DNA of 54,305 nucleotides, from the NCBI GenBank assembly GCA_019237415.1, contig JAFAHD010000007.1, positions 1 through 54,305 on the forward strand, given 5' to 3'. This document shows positions 36,412 to 45,541 of this stretch, in pieces; positions within the stretch are counted from its first letter, which is position 1; every line of letters begins with the position of its first letter. The translations under genes were made by a program, and so were the position numbers. The notes beneath the pieces are model-generated. The model was not told where the DNA came from. It was given only the letters and a program-made list of their open reading frames with translations, and made no database searches. The stretch comes from Vulcanimicrobiota bacterium (GTDB lineage: Bacteria > Vulcanimicrobiota > Vulcanimicrobiia > Eremiobacterales > Eremiobacteraceae).

Positions 36412-37601
36412 ATCAGGTCTTCAACCGCAAGCTGCGGACTGACCTCGACGCGTTGCGCGACGCCGGCACCTACAAACATCTGCGCCACATCACGACGCCG
36501 ATGGCTGCGACCGTGCATATGGCCGAGACCGGCGACGCGATCGTGCTCTCGAGCAACAACTATCTCGGCCTGGCCGACAATCCGCGCGTCGTCGAGGCCG
36601 GCATCGAGGGACTGCGGCACTACGGCGCGGGGACGGCGAGCGTGCGCTTCATCTGCGGCACGCTCGACATCCACAAGCGCATCGAAGAGCGCATCGCCCA
36701 ATTCCTCGGCACGGGGAACGCGCTCACGTACGTGTCGTGCTGGGCCGCCAATACCGGACTCATCCCGACCATCGCCGTCGAGGGCACGGCGATCGTCTCA
36801 GACGAGCTGAACCACGCATCGATCATCGACGGGTGCCGCATGGCGACGCAGGCGCAACGGCTGCGCTACAAACATGCGGACATGGCCGACCTCGAAGCCA
36901 AGCTCGCCAATCTTGCGCCCGACATGACGAAATTCGTCATCACCGACGGCGTGTTCTCGATGGAGGGCGATCTTGCGAAACTGCCGGAGATCGTCGCGCT
37001 CGCCAAGCGGTACAACGCGGTCACCATCGTCGACGACAGCCACGGCACGGGCGTCATGGGGCGCACCGGACGCGGCACGATCGAACATTTCGGATTGACC
37101 GGACAGATCGACATCATCACCGGCACGCTGGGCAAGGCGCTCGGCGGCGCGGCCGGCGGCTTTGTGGCCGGCTCGGACGACCTGGTCGAGACGCTGATCC
37201 AAAAATCGAGGCCGCAGCTGTTCTCCAACGCGCTGCCGGCGACGGTGGCGTGCAGCGCGCTCGCGGCGATCGACGAGCTGGACGGGCATCCGGAGCTCTT
37301 GACCACATTGCGCGACAACATCGCGTACTTCCGCGCGGGACTCAAAAAGCTGGGTTACGGGCCCCTCGAGGGCGACAGCGCGATCATCCCGATCATCGTC
37401 GGCGAGACGTCGTTCGCCATCAAGATGAGCGATGCGCTGCTCAAAGAAGGCGTTTTCGTGACGGGCTTCGGCTACCCGGTCGTGCCTGAGGGAACGGCGC
37501 GCATCCGCGTGCAGATGAGCGCGGCGCTCGAGCGCGCGCATCTCGATCGCGCGCTGTCCGCATTCGAACGCGTCGGACGCACACTCACTCTGATCCCGTA
37601 G
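36408..37601 (+). CDS. kbl: glycine C-acetyltransferase (2-amino-3-ketobutyrate CoA ligase)
   Basis: GTG at 36408 overlaps the tdh stop (GTGA). LRDAGTYKHLRHI, SNNYLGL and DDSHGTGVMG are present, along with the PLP lysine context GTLGKALGG. Confidence 0.92.
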   Translation: MNQVFNRKLRTDLDALRDAGTYKHLRHITTPMAATVHMAETGDAIVLSSNNYLGLADNPRVVEAGIEGLRHYGAGTASVRFICGTLDIHKRIEERIAQFLGTGNALTYVSCWAANTGLIPTIAVEGTAIVSDELNHASIIDGCRMATQAQRLRYKHADMADLEAKLANLAPDMTKFVITDGVFSMEGDLAKLPEIVALAKRYNAVTIVDDSHGTGVMGRTGRGTIEHFGLTGQIDIITGTLGKALGGAAGGFVAGSDDLVETLIQKSRPQLFSNALPATVACSALAAIDELDGHPELLTTLRDNIAYFRAGLKKLGYGPLEGDSAIIPIIVGETSFAIKMSDALLKEGVFVTGFGYPVVPEGTARIRVQMSAALERAHLDRALSAFERVGRTLTLIP

Positions 37602-39048
37602 TCCCCTCCTGCAGCAGCTCTCCGATCGCATTGATCGCGGTGTCGGCGTTGAGCCACAGCTGCGGCGGCGCGACGACGACCGGCGTGCGCTGTTCATCGT
37701 AGTCGAATTTCACTTCTGCGCCGGGTGCGGGCAAGGGATCCGGGTCGAAGCCGCACGCGCTGCGGAAGAGCAACTCGGCGTACAACGCTTCGAACCAGCC
37801 GAAGGACGTGCGCGTGAAGCGGCTCAGATCGTTCGGGTCGAAGCTCTCGTGGAACAGCTCTTCGCCTTGGGTCGTCCCTTGCACCGTGCGGATCGCAGCG
37901 GCGGTGTCCGCCGCCGTGTCCGCGGTGAGCCCGCGTCCGACGATGCCGAGCGGCCACACCCAGCCGGTGGGCGTGTGCGGACTGCCCAGTCCGGTGGCGT
38001 ACTTGCCGCTGTAGTAATACGGGTTATCCGGCGAGAGCGCGAAGCGCCTGGTGTTCTGGTAGATCGGACTGCCCGGAACCGCGTACCCGTAGTACGTCGC
38101 GGTGATCAGGTTTGGGATGTTCGCGTCGTCCATCAGCAGGTTCGTGCCGAAGCCATCGACTTCATAGGCGTAGATCCACGCGCCGCGCGCCATGTCGTAG
38201 ACGACGCCGTAACGCTGGATGCCGGCGTCGACCTCATCGGCAATCTGCGCCGCCTGCGCGCTCAGCTTCGTATCGCGATAGCCGGCCTGCGCCATCTCCG
38301 CAAGCTCGCGCAGCGCGACGACGGCGAACATGTTCTGCGGCACGTTGTACGGATAGCGGACCGGATCGTCCGACGGCCGGAACGCGCACCAGATCATGCC
38401 GGTGTACGCGAAATCCGCGCCGCGGCCACTCATGAGGAAGCGCGACCGGTAGTGCGAGCACGTGGCGTGGTGCTGTTCGCACCGATACGTCGCGATCGTA
38501 TGCTGCCACGCCCAGTGCAGCCGCGGCGTGAACATCGAGCGATCGCCGGTACGCCGCCAGTACGTGTACTCGAGCGTCAGCGGGTAGGCGAGCGAATCGA
38601 CTTCCCACTTCTCCTCCCAGATCTTGTAGCCGGCGGTGAAGGCGTTCGCATATGGATCGGTCAGCACGTTCTTGGCATTGCGCTCGATGACCGCGCGGAT
38701 GTACTGAGCGAGCTTGGGGAATTGCGCGATGAAGCGGACGTATGGTCTGGTCTGCGCCGATGAGTCGCGCAGCCACATCGCGGGGATGTCGCCGGTCTGC
38801 ACGTACATCGTGCCGTCGTCCTGCAGGAAGAAATCCGCAGTGAGCTTTTGGAACAGCGTGGCAGTGGAGGCCTGCACCGGTTTCGGATTGATCGGCGAGG
38901 CGGGAATGACGATGTAGCGAGCTGCGAGGTCGGAATCGGCGAGCGCACACGCCGGCGAAAAGAGGAGCACCGCCAGTGCGCTCGCGAGCGTACGCGCCTG
39001 GCGATGCGATGGAATCACGTCCCGCTCGTTCGAAAGATGGCAACGCAT
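37585..39048 (-). CDS. glycoside hydrolase family 125 (exo-alpha-1,6-mannosidase-like, DUF1237), secreted
   Basis: There is a signal-like N-terminus, then GDIPAMWLRDSSAQ and LMDDANIPNL blocks that I recall as typical of GH125. The gene converges on kbl with a 17-nt overlap. Confidence 0.75.
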   Translation of the reverse strand: MRCHLSNERDVIPSHRQARTLASALAVLLFSPACALADSDLAARYIVIPASPINPKPVQASTATLFQKLTADFFLQDDGTMYVQTGDIPAMWLRDSSAQTRPYVRFIAQFPKLAQYIRAVIERNAKNVLTDPYANAFTAGYKIWEEKWEVDSLAYPLTLEYTYWRRTGDRSMFTPRLHWAWQHTIATYRCEQHHATCSHYRSRFLMSGRGADFAYTGMIWCAFRPSDDPVRYPYNVPQNMFAVVALRELAEMAQAGYRDTKLSAQAAQIADEVDAGIQRYGVVYDMARGAWIYAYEVDGFGTNLLMDDANIPNLITATYYGYAVPGSPIYQNTRRFALSPDNPYYYSGKYATGLGSPHTPTGWVWPLGIVGRGLTADTAADTAAAIRTVQGTTQGEELFHESFDPNDLSRFTRTSFGWFEALYAELLFRSACGFDPDPLPAPGAEVKFDYDEQRTPVVVAPPQLWLNADTAINAIGELLQEGTTGSE

Positions 39049-39097
39049 TCCCGCTCAGAGGTGATTGGCGGGCGAACGCGAGAAAAAGGCGGACGCT

Positions 39098-40288
39098 ATG
39101 GTCGCCCGCATCCTGCCCATCCTCGGCATCACGTTCATCGATATCTTGGGATTCTCGATCCTCATCCCGATCCTGCCGTTCTTCGTCAAGCATTTCGGCG
39201 CTTCGGATCTGACGGTCGGACTGCTGTTCTCGACGTTCGCAGCCTGTCAGTTCATCGCCGGACCGATTTGGGGCAACGTGAGCGACCGGTTCGGGCGCAA
39301 ACGTGTGTTGATCATCAGCCAGATCGGCGCGATCATCGGCTGGACGATGCTCGCGAGAGCGACCACTTTACCGATCGTCTTCCTCGCGCGCATCATCGAG
39401 GGGCTCTCGGGCGGCAACATCAGCGTGACCCAGGCATACGTGTCTGATCTCGTCGAGCCTAAGGACCGCGCGCGCGCCTTCGGCTATGTCGGCGCGGCGT
39501 TCAGCGCGGGCATCGTATTCGGGCCCCTGCTGGGCGGGTTCTTACTAGCCCGCTACAACTATTCCGCGCCATTTTATGCGGCTGCTGCGATCCAGTTCCT
39601 GACGTTGCTGCTGACGATCTTCATGTTGCCGGAGTCGACGAGCAAGGACGAACGGTCGCACGTGGCGACCTTCTCGGACATCTGGCGTTCGCTCACCGAT
39701 CGACGCCTCGCCCCGCTGCTGGTCCAGCTGTGGGCGTTCTCGCTCTCGCTGTACGCATGGTTCGGCGTGATCACGCTGCTCTTCAAGGAGGCGCTCGGCT
39801 TCAACGGAACGCAGACGAGCTATTTCTTCGCCTCGTTCGGCCTCGTGAGCGTCCTCTTGCAAGTCACCGCGGTTGGCAGTACCAACGACCGACTGGGCGC
39901 GCGTCTCACCGCGAACATCGGCATCACGTGTTTGCTCACCGCGTTCCTGCTCGTGCCGATCATCCACAACATCCTGACCTTGATACCGACCATGGCGCTC
40001 TTCGCTTTCGGCATGGCCATCACTCGGCCCAGCCTGACCGCGCTGCTCACCGAACGCACGCCGGAGAACCAGCGCGGCACGATCCTCGGCGTAAGCTCTG
40101 CGCTGGACAACCTGTCGGGCGTGCTGATGCCGCCGGTGTCGACGGGCGTGCTGGGCGCATTCGGTCCGGCATGGGCCGGCGCTCCGTCGGCGTTCTGGTC
40201 CGCCGTCGCGCTCGTGCTCGGGCTCAACGCGCAGCGCAAAGAGCGCGCGCGAGGCGCGCCGGCCGTCGAGGCTGCCACCAGCGAATAG
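39098..40288 (+). CDS. MFS transporter (12-TM, drug/H+ antiporter-like)
   Basis: ATG at 39098 gives MVARILPILGITFIDILGFSILIPILPFF. The MFS motif A is GNVSDRFGRKRVL. Confidence 0.85.
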   Translation: MVARILPILGITFIDILGFSILIPILPFFVKHFGASDLTVGLLFSTFAACQFIAGPIWGNVSDRFGRKRVLIISQIGAIIGWTMLARATTLPIVFLARIIEGLSGGNISVTQAYVSDLVEPKDRARAFGYVGAAFSAGIVFGPLLGGFLLARYNYSAPFYAAAAIQFLTLLLTIFMLPESTSKDERSHVATFSDIWRSLTDRRLAPLLVQLWAFSLSLYAWFGVITLLFKEALGFNGTQTSYFFASFGLVSVLLQVTAVGSTNDRLGARLTANIGITCLLTAFLLVPIIHNILTLIPTMALFAFGMAITRPSLTALLTERTPENQRGTILGVSSALDNLSGVLMPPVSTGVLGAFGPAWAGAPSAFWSAVALVLGLNAQRKERARGAPAVEAATSE

Positions 40289-40292
40289 GAAT

Positions 40293-40312
40293 GCGCGTTC
40301 GTTGAAACGCGC
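40293..40312. terminator. short hairpin (GCGCGT-N8-ACGCGC) between the convergent MFS and M48 genes
   Basis: A 6-bp inverted repeat read directly in the 23-nt gap. It touches the M48 stop codon and has no U-tract. Confidence 0.2.
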
Positions 40313-42204
40313 TACTTGAGCTTGTGGGGCTTGTCGATGTAATCCTGATACATCAAGCCCTGCGCGATCTCCATGGATTCGGTGAGCAGGCCGCGCGCGA
40401 GCGCCATATCTTCGCACGTGTCGCCGGTCGCCTGTTCCTGCGCCAGGATCTGGTCCACCGGCTGCTTCGTCTCGTACGAGAGCCACGCTGCGCAGCTGAT
40501 CTCGCCCGGCGCGACGCCACCGCGCATCGCACTCGCGTAGTCGGGCGTGGTCACGCCGGAGAACCGGTAGGCCATCGCCTTGCGGAACCAGTCATAACGG
40601 CCTTGCGACGATGTCAGGTCGAGCAGCGTGATGCGCGCAGACAGCCAGCGGCTTTGTGCGGCATACAGCTCGTCATTCGCCTGCAAGGCCATCGCCTCGA
40701 CCCCGTCCCATGCGTTTTCGGCCTTGTCGAGCGCCGCGCGCACGCGGGGCATGTCGGCGGGCTTGATGTCGCCTGACGTCGTGTCGATCGTGTCCAGCAC
40801 GACGAAATACTCTTTCAGCGCGGCCAGGCTATCGGACGCCGCCGACACCGCGCCGCGAGAACGATCGACCGCGCGCGCGACCTCGTCCGACGAGGTGATC
40901 ATCTGCGCGGTGATCGTCGGGTAGTACGACATCAAGGTCTGGTTGCCGGGTGTCTGCGCGTTGTCGATCAAGCGCTGGCCCATCTCTGTGAGCAGCGACT
41001 GGTTTTCGCCATACAGCATGTTCGCCTGCGACATCGTGTCTGCGGTCAGACCGAGCATGCCGTTGATGTCGACCACCATCTTGTCGAGCGCCGCGGTGGC
41101 CTGCGCCAGGTTGTTGTTCGGCGTCTTCGGAGTGCCGAGATTCGGCACCTCACTCGAGAACGAGTGCAGCTGCGTATACAACGACTCGGCGTCGCGGTCG
41201 CCCCAATGCTCCTGGTCGCGCGAGATCGCGGCGTCGTCCTTGGTGATGTTGAGCGCTTGCTGGATCAGCGCGGCGGTCGAAGAACGCCCGGCGGGGTCGA
41301 GCTCGAACGCGAATGCCATCGTCGAGCCCGGCGGGGCGTGCATGCCCGTATCCTTGAGCGCGATGACCAATCCGTTGGTGTGCTCGCTCGCGAGCGTATC
41401 GCTGGGCTGGATCCGCAACGCTTGGGCGAAGCGGTCGTACGAATAGGAAAAGCGGCCTTCTTCTTCGTCGTGGATCGCATCGGCCGTGATCTGCGCCGCG
41501 CTTGGGTTATCGAGCTGCGGATAGCCCTCCAGATGGGCGATCCGATCGCTCGGCGGCGGATGGTTCTCGAACGCCGCGTCAGCGCGGCTCTCCGGTCCCG
41601 ACATCTGGCGCAGCTCATCCATGAAATCGACCATTGACTGCGGGTCGTAACCGGCTCGCGCCATCAATTGCAATCCATACTGGTCGGCTTGCAGTTCGTC
41701 TACGCGCGAAAACTTGTTCATCGCCAAGTCGCCGCCATAGCCGCCGAGCAGCGAAGTGAGCGGGAGGATCGAGAGCACGCCGATGAGGACGCCGAGGATC
41801 TGACTCTTCTCCTCGAGCGTCACTGCATGGCGGCGCTCGACGTGCCCGATCTCATGCGCCATGACGGCGGCCAGCTCGTCGTCCGAAGACACGGTGTTGA
41901 GCAGCCCCATGTCGACGTGCACGAAACCGCCGGGCAGTGAGAACGCGTTGATCTCGTCGGAGTTGATGATGCTGAACGTGTAGTTGATGTCCTCGCGCGC
42001 GCGATACTTCGCGAGGTTGTTGCCGATGCCGGTGACCCAGTTGGTGAGGAAGGGGTCGTCGACCAGCAAACTCTGGCGGTCGACCTCTTTCGAGATCGCC
42101 GCGCCCTTGGATATTTCGGTGGCCGTGCTCATCGCGGAAGCTGTGAGCGGTGCCGCGATGTTGAGGATGAGCGCCACGAGCACGGCCGTGGCGACCGAGC
42201 GCAT
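40312..42204 (-). CDS. secreted M48-family zinc metallopeptidase with about 400-aa uncharacterised C-terminal extension
   Basis: The signal peptide is MRSVATAVLVALILNIAAPLTASA. The HExxH site is AAVMAHEIGHVERRH, followed by ELQADQYG. The remainder is helical with no recognised family. Confidence 0.8.
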   Translation of the reverse strand: MRSVATAVLVALILNIAAPLTASAMSTATEISKGAAISKEVDRQSLLVDDPFLTNWVTGIGNNLAKYRAREDINYTFSIINSDEINAFSLPGGFVHVDMGLLNTVSSDDELAAVMAHEIGHVERRHAVTLEEKSQILGVLIGVLSILPLTSLLGGYGGDLAMNKFSRVDELQADQYGLQLMARAGYDPQSMVDFMDELRQMSGPESRADAAFENHPPPSDRIAHLEGYPQLDNPSAAQITADAIHDEEEGRFSYSYDRFAQALRIQPSDTLASEHTNGLVIALKDTGMHAPPGSTMAFAFELDPAGRSSTAALIQQALNITKDDAAISRDQEHWGDRDAESLYTQLHSFSSEVPNLGTPKTPNNNLAQATAALDKMVVDINGMLGLTADTMSQANMLYGENQSLLTEMGQRLIDNAQTPGNQTLMSYYPTITAQMITSSDEVARAVDRSRGAVSAASDSLAALKEYFVVLDTIDTTSGDIKPADMPRVRAALDKAENAWDGVEAMALQANDELYAAQSRWLSARITLLDLTSSQGRYDWFRKAMAYRFSGVTTPDYASAMRGGVAPGEISCAAWLSYETKQPVDQILAQEQATGDTCEDMALARGLLTESMEIAQGLMYQDYIDKPHKLK

Positions 42205-42208
42205 GAGG

Positions 42209-42730
42209 CTAGCCTTTGTCGATCGCGGCGAGATTACCCTTGAGCTCGTCCGGCGTCATGAATCCGCGCTCGATCTTGCGCACGACGCCGTCCTTGTCGA
42301 TGAAAAAGCTCCACGGCAATGAGTGCACTTCGTACGCGTCGGCAAACGATCCGGGATCGAGCGCGACCTGATACGTGATGCCGAACCTCTTCAGGAACGG
42401 GGTCACAAGCTCGGCGTCCTCTTGCTCGTCGACGCCGAGGAAGACGACCTGATCCTTGTACTGCGGATACGCTTTCACGATGCCGGGCAGCTCAAGCTTG
42501 CACGGCGGACACCAGGTGGCGAACGCGTTGATGAACACGGGCTTGCCGCGGAGCTGCGCCAGGGACACGGTCTTGCCATCGATGTCTTTGAGCGTCAGCG
42601 CCGGCGCGGGTTCTCCGACGGCCACGCCGCGCCCGCCGCTGCGCTGATCGCCGTGCGGCGCACCGGCTTGTCTTGCGCAGCCGCCAAGCGTCATCGCAAC
42701 GCATAGTAAGAAGAAGAAACTCGTTCGCAT
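42209..42730 (-). CDS. TlpA/ResA-like thiol:disulfide oxidoreductase lipoprotein
   Basis: The lipobox is LCVAMTLGGC. The thioredoxin active site is FATWCPPCKLE, within a thioredoxin fold. Confidence 0.85.
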   Translation of the reverse strand: MRTSFFFLLCVAMTLGGCARQAGAPHGDQRSGGRGVAVGEPAPALTLKDIDGKTVSLAQLRGKPVFINAFATWCPPCKLELPGIVKAYPQYKDQVVFLGVDEQEDAELVTPFLKRFGITYQVALDPGSFADAYEVHSLPWSFFIDKDGVVRKIERGFMTPDELKGNLAAIDKG

Positions 42731-42731
42731 G

Positions 42732-44624
42732 CTACGCTCCGGCCGCCGTCAGGATCAGGTCGGTGCCTAGGCCGAGGATGAAGCCGAGGAACACGCCGAC
42801 CGTCGCGAGTTCCTTGTGACCCACCCTTCCTCCGGCTTTGGTCATCTCGCCGATAACGTAGATGATCGCGCCCGCCGCGAGCGTGAGGAACAGCACGGAG
42901 AGCGTTGGCGACACGAAGCGATAGCCGATCACGGTGCCCAAGAACGTCGGGCCGCCGCCGATCAACCCGAGCATCAAGATCTCGCGCCACCCGACGTGCG
43001 CGTCCGAGCCGACGAGGGGCGCAGCGATGCCGAAGCCCTCGGTCATATTGTGCAGGCCGAAGCCGATGATGAGCAGCACCGCGAGCCCGATCGCGCCGGT
43101 TGCCGCAGATTGGCCGATCGCCAAACCTTCGCTGAAGTTGTGCAGGCCGATTCCGAGCGCGATCGTCGTCGCCAACGCCATCGGGCTGAGCATGCCGCCT
43201 TCGGCGACCGCCGCGCGCTGGCGGGCGAGGACGAAGCGCGAGAAATAGACCAGCCCCACCAGGCCGGCGAACAAGCCGGCGACGTAGACGAACGTGAGCC
43301 AGGCGAACGGCGCGGCGCCCAGTCCCTGCTGCATCTTACCGAGCGCATCGACGACCGGTTCGCCCGCTTGGCGTAAGATGTCGAACAGCAAGAAGAACAG
43401 CACGCCGATGGCGATCGCATTCGCGAACGCGATCCAGCGGCGCGACACGCCGCGCATCGCGGCGAACGGCAAACCGAGGAAGATCGTCAGACCGGCGATC
43501 GCGCCGAGGACAAGCGTCGCGCCTTGCGACATCTTCGGCCCGGTCGGCGCGGACTCGCCTGCGGCCGCCATCATGTCCATCGCCGCCATGCTCGCGAAGC
43601 GGTCGGGCGTGCCGGCATAGTGGATCGCGCTGATCAACCCGCCAGGCCCGTGGTCGTCATTCATCATGTGATCCGCGACGTGGCAGTGGAACATCCAGGT
43701 GCCGGGCTGTGCGTCGGCGACGAATTCGATATCGCGCGTCTCGCCCGGCCCCAGCGTGATCGTGTCCATCATCTGCCGCTGGGCGGGCGCGACGGGCTGG
43801 CCGTCGTACGCGACCACTTGGAAGTGGTGCCCGTGCGTATGCATCGTATGGAACTCGGTGCCGCTGATGTCGATCTCGCGCACGCGGATGCGCTGGCCGC
43901 GCACGACTTCGAAGGGCTTGCCCGACGGGTAGCTCTTGCCGTTGATGCTGAAATAGTTCTCCGTGCTGCTGTAGATCTTCCACGAGGAGATCAACATCAG
44001 GTAGTCGCGATCCGGCGGCGGGCCAGCCGGCGTGGCCGGCTCGACGACGACGGCGCCGTACAGGCCGCGGTCGAGCTGATTGAGGTCGTCGACGTGCGTG
44101 TGATAGATGTACGTGCCGGGCTGGCGCACGACGAACTGATATACGAAGCTCTGACCGGGCGGCACGGGCGGCTGGCTAAAACCCGGCGTGCCGTCCATCG
44201 CGGCCGGCACATCCATGCCGTGCCAATGTATCGTGGTCGGCGCGGGCAGATGATTGGTGAAGATGACGCGCAGCGTGTCGCCTTGTCGGACATGGATCGT
44301 CGGACCAGGCACCGTGCCGTTGTACGTCCATGCATCCACAGTGGTGCCGGGCGCGGGCGTCCACTTCTTGACTTCGGCGACGAGATGCAGCGTCGCGATC
44401 GGGCCGCTCGAGAGCGGCGGAAGCGACGGCAGCAGCGCGTAGTCGCGCTGTGCATCGGCTTCTGCTTTGGCGACGGCGGCCGGCGTCACGTCTGCGGCGA
44501 CCGGTCCTGGGAGAGCGTGCTCGAGGGCGTCGGCGCGCGCTTGCACGGCGAACGCGGCACCGGAGAGCGCGACGGCGGCGACTGCGATGCTGGCGGCGGC
44601 GAGCCGTCTGATGGACTGCTGCAC
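42732..44624 (-). CDS. fusion protein: secreted two-domain multicopper oxidase + C-terminal ZIP-family metal permease
   Basis: The N-terminus has an RR-containing signal, MQQSIRRLAAASIAVAAVALSGAAFA. Copper ligand motifs are HWHG, YHTHVDD, HTMHTHGHHF and HCHVADHM. After about aa 365 there are about 8 TM helices with LHNFSEGLAIG and LHNMTEGFGIA, which are ZIP/ZupT signatures. It is a single uninterrupted 630-codon frame. Confidence 0.8.
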   Translation of the reverse strand: MQQSIRRLAAASIAVAAVALSGAAFAVQARADALEHALPGPVAADVTPAAVAKAEADAQRDYALLPSLPPLSSGPIATLHLVAEVKKWTPAPGTTVDAWTYNGTVPGPTIHVRQGDTLRVIFTNHLPAPTTIHWHGMDVPAAMDGTPGFSQPPVPPGQSFVYQFVVRQPGTYIYHTHVDDLNQLDRGLYGAVVVEPATPAGPPPDRDYLMLISSWKIYSSTENYFSINGKSYPSGKPFEVVRGQRIRVREIDISGTEFHTMHTHGHHFQVVAYDGQPVAPAQRQMMDTITLGPGETRDIEFVADAQPGTWMFHCHVADHMMNDDHGPGGLISAIHYAGTPDRFASMAAMDMMAAAGESAPTGPKMSQGATLVLGAIAGLTIFLGLPFAAMRGVSRRWIAFANAIAIGVLFFLLFDILRQAGEPVVDALGKMQQGLGAAPFAWLTFVYVAGLFAGLVGLVYFSRFVLARQRAAVAEGGMLSPMALATTIALGIGLHNFSEGLAIGQSAATGAIGLAVLLIIGFGLHNMTEGFGIAAPLVGSDAHVGWREILMLGLIGGGPTFLGTVIGYRFVSPTLSVLFLTLAAGAIIYVIGEMTKAGGRVGHKELATVGVFLGFILGLGTDLILTAAGA

Positions 44625-44632
44625 GATCGTCG

Positions 44633-45379
44633 TTACTTGCCCTTCGCCTGCTTCGCGTGCGGATGTTTGACGGTGATCGCGCCGGCGAGCTGCGTGCTCA
44701 CCGAGTGCGTCTTCCCATTGACGCGCAGCGTCAACAGTCCGACGGCGCGCTCGAAACGCTCTACGCTCACGCTGGTCCCCGGCCGCAGTCCGATCTGCGC
44801 GAGATAGCGCAGCAGCTCGGGCATGTCGTGCTTGACCTCAAGCACTTTCGCCGGCACGCCGAGCGGCAGCTCGACGAGGTCGATCGCGTCGTCGTGATCC
44901 CAGAGTCCGCCGTCTTCGCGAGGGATAGAATGGCCATGCGGACATGTCGTCGGCTCGCCGGTGAAGCGGAACAAGTGGCGCTCGACAAGCGGCGAGATCG
45001 CGTGCTCGAGGCGGCAGGCCTCTGCGTAGGCGAACTCCCACGGGATGCCGAGGTGATCCACGAGCAGGCGTTCCGCGAGGCGCTGACGCCGCAGCGTGAG
45101 CGCGCCGATCTTCGCACCGGCCGGCGTGGGCAGCACGCCGTGCCGGCCATCGTGCTTGACGTAGCCGTCTGCGTCGAGTTTCTTGAGCATGGCCGACGCG
45201 GATGCCGCCGACACCGACAGCTCGGTGGCGATGGCGGAGGTCGAAACCGGCTCCCGGTCGCGCTGCAGCCGTACGATCGTCTTAAGGTACATCTCGACGT
45301 TTGGACTGACTTCGGGCTCCTCGAGCGGCTCGACGAGCGGCGATTTCAGCGCAGAGTGCAATGAGCGGTGCGCGGGCAT
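44633..45379 (-). CDS. DtxR/MntR-family metal-dependent transcriptional regulator with C-terminal FeoA/SH3-like domain
   Basis: VEMYLKTIVRLQRDREPVSTSAIATELSVSAASASAMLKKLDADGYV is a winged HTH. The metal site region is EACRLEHAISP...CPHGH, followed by a FeoA-like tail. The start is ATG 45379 or TTG 45361. Confidence 0.85.
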   Translation of the reverse strand: MPAHRSLHSALKSPLVEPLEEPEVSPNVEMYLKTIVRLQRDREPVSTSAIATELSVSAASASAMLKKLDADGYVKHDGRHGVLPTPAGAKIGALTLRRQRLAERLLVDHLGIPWEFAYAEACRLEHAISPLVERHLFRFTGEPTTCPHGHSIPREDGGLWDHDDAIDLVELPLGVPAKVLEVKHDMPELLRYLAQIGLRPGTSVSVERFERAVGLLTLRVNGKTHSVSTQLAGAITVKHPHAKQAKGK

Positions 45380-45395
45380 ATTAGATAAGCCTAAT
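45380..45395. promoter_or_regulatory. AT-rich inverted repeat ATTAG-ATAAGC-CTAAT abutting the dtxR-family start codon; candidate operator
   Basis: 5-bp perfect arms in an otherwise GC-rich divergent intergenic region. The left half, TTAGATAAGCCTAA, partly resembles the IdeR/DtxR box TTAGGTTAGSCTAACCTAA (about 12 of 19). Confidence 0.3.
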
Positions 45396-45541
45396 TCGCT
45401 GCTTTAGGCGAGCTTATCCTCTCGGGTAAGGCTGTCCTTACGTCCAACTGTGACGACCGGCCGCGCCGTGGGGATAAGGAACATGGAGAAACACTTCGTG
45501 AGCTTCCCTACGTTTCTAGTGCCAGGGGGTACTAAACCGAT

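Noticed and set aside
37585-37601. Convergent gene overlaps: kbl/GH125 by 17 nt, and TPR/add by 9 nt at 51671-51679.
   Set aside because: Short 3'-3' overlaps are common in compact GC-rich genomes. No conserved structure or extra ORF was found there.
45380-45420. Interpreting TTAGATAAGCCTAATTCGC as a bona fide IdeR/DtxR iron box.
   Set aside because: Only about 12 of 19 positions match the TTAGGTTAGSCTAACCTAA consensus, and the right half is degenerate. It is kept only as a low-confidence inverted repeat, and the regulator's metal specificity is not claimed.
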